From NCBI GenBank assembly GCA_937929835.1, contig CALFUU010000035.1, positions 10,940 through 74,939 on the forward strand: a stretch of 64,000 nt of DNA. Reading direction: 5' to 3'. The translations under genes and the position numbers were made by a program. The notes under the pieces are model-generated. The model saw only the letters and a list, made by a program, of their open reading frames with translations. It made no database searches and had not been told where the DNA came from. Below are positions 9,450 through 17,420 of the stretch, in pieces (the stretch's first letter is position 1; each line of letters begins with the position of its first letter). The stretch comes from an uncultured Saprospiraceae bacterium. Its GTDB lineage: Bacteria > Bacteroidota > Bacteroidia > Chitinophagales > Saprospiraceae.

Positions 9450-11153
9450 CTACATATGTCTCTCATATCGACTGATATTGCCGCAGTGGTCTATGACGGT
9501 TAGCTTGAAATTGAGTGGCCCCTCTGGCAGTCTATCCCTATCAGAGAAAGATAATAGATCATTTTTTGCATCATACTTCATCCTGATCCAAGAGCCATTG
9601 AGCTTGGCGATATAACGCAAATCATTGGTGCTTCCATCTGGGCTAAGATTATCAGTGACCTTTACCTTCCAAGGAGATGAGAGTGTAGGAGAGAAGCTGA
9701 CAGGCTGTATGCTCGGAGCAATCGTATCCTTATACAAAGACAAGACGCCTAATTCATCTGGCCTCACTAACAACTTATTGCCTATGGTATCGGCTGCAAA
9801 CTGACGCTTTTTGCCATTTGCATCTACTTTAATCAATGACCACTTATTAGGGTCAGACTTCGGAAGAGGACAGTAGATTTGATATTTACCGTTGACTGGA
9901 ATATACCGATCGCCTATAATCACTGAAGGGCACTTTTGCCCATCGACATCCTTAACTTCATAAGATATATCTAGTGCTGTAGGATAGAAGAAACTATTAG
10001 GACCAAAACGTACATCAAAGTACCCTACATTATGATTATGCGTCGTGTCACAATCTAAGACTGCAGGTCTTGTAGCATCAGCCAGTCCACTCGATCTTGC
10101 CACAAAGTTTAATCGAGACGCATTTCCATAAAGATCATAGGCTCTTAAACTAACTCTTCTTGTCTTACCTCTGGATAGATCGATAATGCCATCCCCTGTC
10201 TCGTCATTGTAATAAGAGAAAGGATTACATTTTGCCTTGTACATCAGATAGACCTTCTGTCCGTGAAGCTGCTTGCGTTCATAGTCCCAGAATGCATTGA
10301 TATATCGGGTCTCATCAAAAGAAAACTCATCAGCCTCCCATCTTATAAGCAAGCTATCATCAACAGATAATTCAAATCCATAGACGCCATTCTTATTCCA
10401 TGAGCCATCCATCCTATCAAACATCTGGAGACCTACTCCTAAGAATCCAGTCTCAATGTCTATGGTGTCCCGGTATAATCTATACGACTTGGATTTGGGA
10501 TTGAAGTACTTAATCTCTTTGGCTACAATATCTCCCTCCGGACTCAACTGATGCAGGTGTAGGCTCTCGAGTGTTGGCGCTCTCTTATCTGTAGGTCCTA
10601 TTCCAAATAACTCTGGATTGAGTGGTTTCTCTGTCTTTGTTTCTCTTAACTCAAAATGGAGGTGCGGTCCAAAAGATCGACCCGAGTTGCCCATCTCCCC
10701 TATCTTCTCACCCTTGATGTATTGAAACTGATCCTCTTGCAGATATATATCTACTTCAAATGATTCTAGGGCATATTGTATCTCTTCTACATAAGCCTCT
10801 AGCTCATCAGTAAAAGAGGATAGATGCGCATAGACGGAAGTATAGCCATTGGGATGATCTATGTATAAAACGTTTCCATAACCTCCGCTCTGAATCTTGA
10901 TTCTAGAGACATGTCCATTACCGACTATTTTGATTCTGTCACCACTCTGTCCTTTTGTTGACTTGATATCAATACCCGCATGGAAGTGGTTGGGTCTCAA
11001 CTCCATAAAGTTGCCCGTAAGCTTGATATCGTGGTCCACGGGAGATACAAATCCTAAGCTATCTAACCCCTTAGTGTCCAACCCATTTGCGGATAAAACA
11101 ATAAACGGAAGGTGGAATACTAAAATCAAGCAAAACTTAAGGGATGTAGGCAT
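9450..11153 (-). CDS. M23-family metallopeptidase with long uncharacterised C-terminal region
   Basis: It has a signal peptide. The catalytic motifs are intact: HFHAGIDI (HxxxD) and GPHLHFE (HxH). I prefer the ATG at 11153 over the TTG at 11156. It overlaps the meaB stop by 17 nt. About 350 aa C-terminal to the M23 domain contain no motif I recognise. Confidence 0.85.
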   Translation of the reverse strand: MPTSLKFCLILVFHLPFIVLSANGLDTKGLDSLGFVSPVDHDIKLTGNFMELRPNHFHAGIDIKSTKGQSGDRIKIVGNGHVSRIKIQSGGYGNVLYIDHPNGYTSVYAHLSSFTDELEAYVEEIQYALESFEVDIYLQEDQFQYIKGEKIGEMGNSGRSFGPHLHFELRETKTEKPLNPELFGIGPTDKRAPTLESLHLHQLSPEGDIVAKEIKYFNPKSKSYRLYRDTIDIETGFLGVGLQMFDRMDGSWNKNGVYGFELSVDDSLLIRWEADEFSFDETRYINAFWDYERKQLHGQKVYLMYKAKCNPFSYYNDETGDGIIDLSRGKTRRVSLRAYDLYGNASRLNFVARSSGLADATRPAVLDCDTTHNHNVGYFDVRFGPNSFFYPTALDISYEVKDVDGQKCPSVIIGDRYIPVNGKYQIYCPLPKSDPNKWSLIKVDANGKKRQFAADTIGNKLLVRPDELGVLSLYKDTIAPSIQPVSFSPTLSSPWKVKVTDNLSPDGSTNDLRYIAKLNGSWIRMKYDAKNDLLSFSDRDRLPEGPLNFKLTVIDHCGNISRYERHM

Positions 11154-12168
11154 CAATATTTTCTAACAACTCTTCTAAACTATTCAGCGCTTGCAAATGT
11201 GACAATTCTCCTGAAGATATACTTAAGGATAACGTTTCTATCCGCTCTTTTATACTCTTCTTTTCTGCCAATCTTCTATACAGCAAGTTTTTCTGACCTT
11301 CCATAAATCTCAGCTGCTCCTGATGCATACGAAACTGTGCTAATCGATTTCCTTGTTCCATATGCGCATAGTATGCTTCTATCTGTTGGTCTAGCCCACT
11401 GAGATATTCCGTAGTCATAGAACTAAAGAGTGCACTACGTGGTTTCCACGACCATTCATTGATAGAAAATAAGCTTAAGGCAGAGCGATAATTATCTCTA
11501 CTAATTTGGGCAACAGATTTGAGTTCACCATCGGCTTTAGTAATCAAAAGCAGATCTGCCATCTCCATTATACCCCTCTTGATACCTTGTAGCTCATCAC
11601 CGCCTCCTGGCTGCAACAACAGAATAAATAGATCAACTAAATCTCGAACCTCATACTCCGACTGACCCACTCCGACTGTCTCTATAAATATGTAATCATA
11701 ATCAGCCATCTCACAAAGGCAAATAGCTGCAGAGGTAGCCGGTGCTACACCTCCGAGTGCCAATGCAGAAGCCATTGGTTTGATAAATACACCTTCTAGC
11801 CCGACAAGGGCATCCATACGCGTCTTGTCTCCGAGGATACTCCCTCTAGTCGTATAACTGGAAGGGTCTACAGGGAGTATCGCTACTCTATAACCGCTAT
11901 CGATTAGATGTTTACAATAAGCATTAAGAAATGAACTTTTGCCTACACCGGGAGCTCCAGTGATGGCTATGCGCTTGACATCCTTCTTGCGGTGCAGAAC
12001 TTTATAAACAGACTTAAGAAACTTCTTATCCGCAGCGAGTGTACTTTCTGCTCTGGATATAAGTTGACTTAATACTTGTGCATCAGATTTGATAAGTCGT
12101 TGGCATTCTGCAAGCGAGTAGGTCTTAGCTGTCTGGCGGCGATATGCTGGATTTATATGCTTGGGCAT
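11137..12168 (-). CDS. meaB: MeaB/ArgK-type G3E-family GTPase
   Basis: It has the P-loop GAPGVGKSSF, the ETVGVGQSE switch, and the NKAD-equivalent ITKADG. I prefer the ATG at 12168, which lies 19 nt after the ABC ATPase stop. A TTG at 12204 would instead overlap that gene. Confidence 0.85.
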   Translation of the reverse strand: MPKHINPAYRRQTAKTYSLAECQRLIKSDAQVLSQLISRAESTLAADKKFLKSVYKVLHRKKDVKRIAITGAPGVGKSSFLNAYCKHLIDSGYRVAILPVDPSSYTTRGSILGDKTRMDALVGLEGVFIKPMASALALGGVAPATSAAICLCEMADYDYIFIETVGVGQSEYEVRDLVDLFILLLQPGGGDELQGIKRGIMEMADLLLITKADGELKSVAQISRDNYRSALSLFSINEWSWKPRSALFSSMTTEYLSGLDQQIEAYYAHMEQGNRLAQFRMHQEQLRFMEGQKNLLYRRLAEKKSIKERIETLSLSISSGELSHLQALNSLEELLENIDAYIP

Positions 12169-12187
12169 ACTCAAAAATAATCCTTGA

Positions 12188-13000
12188 CTAGCCCATTTCC
12201 GCAATACGGATCATCTCATCCTCTACACGATGGACCAACTCTACATAATGCGGGTCTCTTTTGGTATGTCGATTTCTTTCAATAGGCAAATCAACATCTA
12301 TGTGAGAAACAAATTTTGATGGAGCAGACTTCATTATATAAATATCATCTGCCAGATACACGGCTTCAGAGATATCGTGGGTCACAAAGATTATTGTGGA
12401 TTGGAACTTTCTCCATATGCTTGTTAGGAGATCTTGCATCTGTAAGCGAGTTCTGATATCAAGAGCACCAAAGGGTTCATCCATCAACAAAATGTTAGGA
12501 TTGGCTAAAAGACTCCTTGCAATCGCAATTCTTTGTAACTGACCACCTGACAGGGTTGGATACTGTGCATATTTGTGCTCGTGTCCTTCTAAGCCTACAA
12601 GTCGAATTATCTCCATAGCCTTTTCTTGACGTTCACTTTTGGAGATGCCTTTGTAGTTCATAGCGAGACTGACGTTCTCTAATACAGTTAGCCAGGGTAA
12701 CGAAGAGTATTGCTGAAAAACCATACAAACTCTCTCTGCCTCGCTGACTTCTTTTCCGTTGACGAGGACGTTGCCCTCTGTAGGTTTTTGTAAGCCAGCC
12801 ATATATCTAAGTAAAGTAGACTTTCCACTGCCTGACATTCCGAGTATGACTACAAACTGTCCTTGATCAGGCTTGTCTTCTACCAAAAACTCTAGGTCCT
12901 TGATGATCCAATTCTGACCACCATCATAAGATTGGCCTATGCCCTTAAGATCAATTATGTTAGATAAACCTGTATCCTTAAACTTAAACATCGACAGCAT
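12188..13000 (-). CDS. ABC transporter ATP-binding protein (NitT/TauT nitrate-sulfonate-bicarbonate type)
   Basis: It has Walker A GMSGSGKST, signature LSGGQLQR and Walker B LLMDEPFGALD. I chose the ATG at 13000 (an alternative lies at 12991), which overlaps the permease stop by 17 nt. The longer ORF starting at 13048 would run 65 nt into the permease gene. Confidence 0.9.
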   Translation of the reverse strand: MLSMFKFKDTGLSNIIDLKGIGQSYDGGQNWIIKDLEFLVEDKPDQGQFVVILGMSGSGKSTLLRYMAGLQKPTEGNVLVNGKEVSEAERVCMVFQQYSSLPWLTVLENVSLAMNYKGISKSERQEKAMEIIRLVGLEGHEHKYAQYPTLSGGQLQRIAIARSLLANPNILLMDEPFGALDIRTRLQMQDLLTSIWRKFQSTIIFVTHDISEAVYLADDIYIMKSAPSKFVSHIDVDLPIERNRHTKRDPHYVELVHRVEDEMIRIAEMG

Positions 13001-14117
13001 TCTTTTTGGTGTAGGAAATAAAGATTCCATAAAGCATAAAAGCCACACCGACTAGAATGGCCAACAATAAAATAGTACTTAAAGAAAAACCGCTCAGCGA
13101 AACTGGCGACAAATCGAGAAGTGAATTTGCTATCACCGCAAATGTTAATACACCCAACCACAGTTGTACACCAATCTTGGCTTCTTTAAGGCCAGATCGC
13201 ATACTTTTATAATTTTTATAGGGGAAAAGCATTTTATCTATGAGCTTAAATATTTGATCTTGTATGTATCCAATAGCAATAATAATGATGAGTATCGCAA
13301 ATACCTTTTCTAGTTGCCCTTGCCTTGCCTTAATAAATATGAGAGAACCTATACCACCTTGTCGATTGACCAACTCCGCAATTATTATATAAGTCCAAGA
13401 TATAGCAGTCAAGACCCGCATATCATCCATTACCTTAGACATCACTGAAGGAAAGTACACCGACTTTATTGTCTGCCAACTATTGGCATTGAGGGTAAAT
13501 ACAGTTTTGAGATAGACATCCTCTACTTCATATATGCGCTGGACGATAACCGGTAGCAGATAGACCAATATACCAAAAGCGAGAAAGGCCACCTTCATCC
13601 CGCTATATATACCAAACCACGCTACGAATAAGCCTACCAGGGCGGACAGCGGAAGAAATCTTATCGCGTCTACTTGTCTACTGAATAAGCCCCTAAACAA
13701 GGGAATCAAGCCGATTAGAAACCCGAGAGGAATCGCAATGAGAACAGCCCACACATATCCTTGGATGTTAATCCAAATAGATTGCAACATATTGCTCACC
13801 AGCTTATCATCATTGATCAGACTGCCAAATGAACCCGCTACCCGCTGTGGCGGTGGTAGATTAGGGTACACCTTCTCGAATTCTGTAGCATTGGCAAAAG
13901 CCAAACTATCAGCGACGGCCAGAGAATCTAGATCAATATTGTGATCCCCAGAAATAGAACTTGGTAGATGTGTATCAAAGTTGGAAATAATAGGCTTTTC
14001 CTTAGAAAGAAACTCTGCCATAACCCACCAAAAAAAGATGAATAAGAGAAAACCTACCAACCCTAGCAATAAGGACTGGTTTTTTGTGAGTTCTCCTCTG
14101 AGCTTAAATAAATCCAT
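12984..14117 (-). CDS. ABC transporter permease (BPD_transp_1, NitT/TauT type) with N- and C-terminal extensions
   Basis: 377 aa with an N-terminal TM, a roughly 90-aa extracytoplasmic segment, a six-helix permease core (FLPLSALVGLFVAWFG...) and two extra C-terminal TM helices. Confidence 0.85.
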   Translation of the reverse strand: MDLFKLRGELTKNQSLLLGLVGFLLFIFFWWVMAEFLSKEKPIISNFDTHLPSSISGDHNIDLDSLAVADSLAFANATEFEKVYPNLPPPQRVAGSFGSLINDDKLVSNMLQSIWINIQGYVWAVLIAIPLGFLIGLIPLFRGLFSRQVDAIRFLPLSALVGLFVAWFGIYSGMKVAFLAFGILVYLLPVIVQRIYEVEDVYLKTVFTLNANSWQTIKSVYFPSVMSKVMDDMRVLTAISWTYIIIAELVNRQGGIGSLIFIKARQGQLEKVFAILIIIIAIGYIQDQIFKLIDKMLFPYKNYKSMRSGLKEAKIGVQLWLGVLTFAVIANSLLDLSPVSLSGFSLSTILLLAILVGVAFMLYGIFISYTKKNAVDV

Positions 14118-14133
14118 CTTTTCTTTTTTTGTA

Positions 14134-15771
14134 CTATCCCGCGATCAATTCAAAGTCTGTTCTTCTGTTCTTAGCCTTTCCTGCAGCTGTATTATTATCA
14201 GCAACTGGCTTATCAGGGCCATTACCGACGACTACGAGTCTATTTCTTGGAAACCCGTGCACTTGTATTAGGTATTCGGCAACTGACTCCGCTCTCTTTT
14301 TAGACAACAATACGTTGGCTTGATAACTACCCGTATTATCCGTGTTACCTTCTACTCTTATTCTCATATTACCAAATGCTTTGGCGATATCCACAAACTC
14401 TCTGTCGATGATGTACTTCGCATTTTCATCAAGTCTATATTGTGCTGTCGGAAATGAAATACTTACAGCCTTAGTCGCAACAGCTTCTTTCTTCTCGTCT
14501 GCTTTTGTTGGAGCCGTATAGACTTTCTGTGCTTCTGCATTGTGCATCCCACCTTGTAGGCTTGTAGAGGTAACGAGTCCAGGGTAAGCGACTAATCGCC
14601 AATTAGGCACCTTGCCTTCGATAAATCCTAAGTCCTTGTACTTATCCCCCATAGTGGTATAGAGTTTCTCTCCATCCATTCCTTTAAAATTAGGATTAAG
14701 CCCAAAAAAGTTTTGGTTATCACCGTGGGTAGTCAGTCTTACATTATCAATCATAAGGAGAGCATCGTCTGTCGTTAACGCCACACCTCTATCTGTAAAT
14801 TCTTCTGCCAGAATCTTAGCAGCTTTTGTTTTGTTAGACTTGTTGCTATTAATTTCTGCGGCTCCTCTCATCCAACCTTCATATAGTTTTCTGAGTCTAT
14901 CCTCATTTTTTCTAACATACTCGCGTTTCGCCATAAATACATCGGCGATAATATTAGCTGCAGACTTAGAATTCTCTAGAACTCTAGCCCCTGGAACTTC
15001 TTTTACTGCCAAGATATCATCTGGACTCCATACCACCGCAGCATCTACTCTCTGTGACTTAAATACCTGAGCTGCATCTATAGCACTTGGTTGTGGCACG
15101 ATCTCAACATCCTTGGTTGTCAGACCTCCAGCTTCTAGTAACCAGATCAAGAAAGAGTGTGAAGGTGTCAACTCTGCAACAGCAATCTTTTTTCCTTTCA
15201 GATCAGACACTTTATTGATTCCTCTACGAGCGACGATAGCATCTCCACCTCTAGACCAATCGGCTTGCCATAAAATAACAGGATCAAAATCGCTAAGACC
15301 ATTCACTTCTGTAGGGAATGCATCTATCGTCTGCCAGAGTAGATGCACCTCGTCTGCTCTAAAAGCATTTCTAGAAGCTTCAAAGTCATCTAAGACTTTG
15401 AACTCTACTTTTAAGCCATACTCTTTGAAGAATCTTGATCGAGTATTTGCCTCAAACCCTTCATTGAAATATTGGCCACCTGCATAGCCCCCCCAAGTTA
15501 CAACACCTATCTTAATAACATCGTCATCATCGTTATTGCTCGAGTTGGATTTATTTCCGAATAGACCACCCTTCTTTCCTGATTTTGTGGTTTCTGCAGT
15601 TGACTTGGTTGATGAATTGTTTCCAGAATTAGACTGAGCTTCTTCTGTCTGATTCTTTACCATTTCACCAAGTTGTGTATTGTTACAACCCCATTGTGCT
15701 AAGAAAAATACTGCAGCAACAATTAATAAAGTAATCAGTAGTTTGGAAAATGTGGTTAAACGTTTTGCCAT
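14134..15771 (-). CDS. ABC substrate-binding lipoprotein (NMT1/SsuA-like) fused to a C-terminal OmpA-like peptidoglycan-binding domain
   Basis: From N to C: lipobox LAQWGC, an S/N/T/D-rich linker, a binding fold (VIKIGVVTWGGYAGG...IAVAELTPSHSFL...), and an OmpA_C domain (IRVEGNTDNTGSYQANVLLSKKRAESVAEYL...AKNRRTDFELI). Confidence 0.8.
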   Translation of the reverse strand: MAKRLTTFSKLLITLLIVAAVFFLAQWGCNNTQLGEMVKNQTEEAQSNSGNNSSTKSTAETTKSGKKGGLFGNKSNSSNNDDDDVIKIGVVTWGGYAGGQYFNEGFEANTRSRFFKEYGLKVEFKVLDDFEASRNAFRADEVHLLWQTIDAFPTEVNGLSDFDPVILWQADWSRGGDAIVARRGINKVSDLKGKKIAVAELTPSHSFLIWLLEAGGLTTKDVEIVPQPSAIDAAQVFKSQRVDAAVVWSPDDILAVKEVPGARVLENSKSAANIIADVFMAKREYVRKNEDRLRKLYEGWMRGAAEINSNKSNKTKAAKILAEEFTDRGVALTTDDALLMIDNVRLTTHGDNQNFFGLNPNFKGMDGEKLYTTMGDKYKDLGFIEGKVPNWRLVAYPGLVTSTSLQGGMHNAEAQKVYTAPTKADEKKEAVATKAVSISFPTAQYRLDENAKYIIDREFVDIAKAFGNMRIRVEGNTDNTGSYQANVLLSKKRAESVAEYLIQVHGFPRNRLVVVGNGPDKPVADNNTAAGKAKNRRTDFELIAG

Positions 15772-15794
15772 TTTGTTTATATTATATTAGTCAG

Positions 15795-16745
15795 TTAGTC
15801 AAAAAAATTATCGTATTGATTGCCTCGCTTCTCCTGGACTGGTGTCTTAATAGGCGCATTGAGATCAAGGACATTGTTATCATTGTTAGCATCTAGGATT
15901 AGTTGCTCTTTGGACTCACCGAGGAGTAAGGAAGTCGATTCTTTTTCCCACTTCTCTAACATCTCCATACCCTTCTCTTCGAAGATTCCATTCTGAAGAT
16001 CGATAGATGCCATAAACTCTTCAGACATTTCCATAAATCTCTCCATCTCTCCTACTTTCCCACTTACGTCATCGGCTATAGCTTCTAGAGCCTGGTCAAA
16101 CATAGCTCTCTTATCCGTATCTCCTTTGATGATTGACATTGCAGATTTCATCGCGGAGTGACCTGCCATCATCGCCTTATGCTCCTGCTCTTTGAGTTCT
16201 ATTTGATCTTCGATATCTTCTGTAAGGATAAAGGAGTTATCGTACATCTTATTGAGAACCCTATATAAGACCTCCATCCTTTTGTAAAGGTCACCCAACT
16301 TCATATTGGATTCCTTTAAACGGCCAGCTTTTCTGGTCTTTAGTATGACTTGAGCATTTTCATTGCTAGCTTTGGCTTTACTAGCCAGATCCATATTGGC
16401 TTTGATGTTCTTTTGGTTATTGACCATCATTTCCTTGAGCTTGTGCATCTGAACTCTCATCTTTCCGATCTGCTTGCGCATTTTCTTAAGATTAGATCTG
16501 AGGTCAGAAACATAGGCCTTGAGTATAGCCATAGGATTTATCTCTACAAAAAGGCCTGTGATCCAGCGCATTACACTCTTGTACATATAGGAAACAAGAT
16601 TGCGCGCTTTGCTGTCCAAGGCAGTAAATACGATGACGGCAAACGAAAGGAGTAAGGCTAACAATCCTCCTGTTGATTGGGTAAGGGTAAGCACAAAACC
16701 GATCAGCGTAGGTAGTAACCAACCGACAACACCTAGCAAGCCCAC
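15795..16745 (-). CDS. membrane-anchored PspA/IM30-like coiled-coil protein
   Basis: It starts with GTG. Two N-terminal TM helices are followed by a roughly 200-aa heptad-rich region whose beginning (AILKAYVSDLRSNLKKMRKQIGKMRVQMHKLKE) resembles the PspA/IM30 N-terminus. The assignment rests on pattern only. Confidence 0.5.
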   Translation of the reverse strand: MGLLGVVGWLLPTLIGFVLTLTQSTGGLLALLLSFAVIVFTALDSKARNLVSYMYKSVMRWITGLFVEINPMAILKAYVSDLRSNLKKMRKQIGKMRVQMHKLKEMMVNNQKNIKANMDLASKAKASNENAQVILKTRKAGRLKESNMKLGDLYKRMEVLYRVLNKMYDNSFILTEDIEDQIELKEQEHKAMMAGHSAMKSAMSIIKGDTDKRAMFDQALEAIADDVSGKVGEMERFMEMSEEFMASIDLQNGIFEEKGMEMLEKWEKESTSLLLGESKEQLILDANNDNNVLDLNAPIKTPVQEKRGNQYDNFFD

Positions 16746-17420
16746 TAGGAAGATTATTCCTGTGATGCCCTCAGGCCTTTTCCAAAAAGATTTCTTGTTG
16801 ATGTTCCTGTAAATTTAACCTTGAGAAAATATATGTAAAAATAACATATATCCTATACTATTAGGATTCTCAAGATTCAACCCTTTAAAGAGGATAACAA
16901 TTCCACAATAATGGGATTATCCACAAACCGTGCTGGTCCATAGATTTCATAGCGATCTTAATCGACAAAAAAAAATTCCTACCCTAGTAAAGAGCAGGAA
17001 TTCAGCTATTATAGTAGCTTATCGGGCGATAAGCTATATGACTTTAACACTAGTTATTTCTTGGCTAGAAGTCTCCAGTATCTTCTACAATTCCTAAAAG
17101 GATTAAAATTTCTTTGATGATTTCCATAGTATAATTTTTATAGTTTAAGTATTACTATCCTAAAATTATACCAGTTACACACGCGTAAAAATTACACAAA
17201 TCTGTGATTTGGGACATACATAAAAGTATGAACCAATCAAAAGCAACTACCATTAGTCATCAAAAAGTGTTGGTTTAAAACCTTCCTTTTAAAATCAGTG
17301 TAAATAAACCGTCTGAAAGGCTTATTGAGAATCATAATCTTATTAGTTTAGGGACATACATATCAGATGAAACATATTACATTTATATATATAAACATCT
17401 GATTATCATTTGTATACATC

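Noticed and set aside
12955-13161. A 68-aa ORF and the extended 13048 start for the ABC ATPase both lie inside the permease gene.
   Set aside because: Both lie within the well-supported permease C-terminal TM region. The ATG at 13000 gives the usual short overlap seen in ABC operons.
16746-17130. I looked for a TPP riboswitch upstream of the ABC operon, because NMT1/THI5-like binding proteins are often thiamine-precursor related.
   Set aside because: I searched the minus-strand leader for the conserved CUGAGA and ACCUGAUCUGGAUAAUGCCAGC-type cores and found neither. Only a loose CCUGAGGGCAUCACAGG segment lies next to the start codon.
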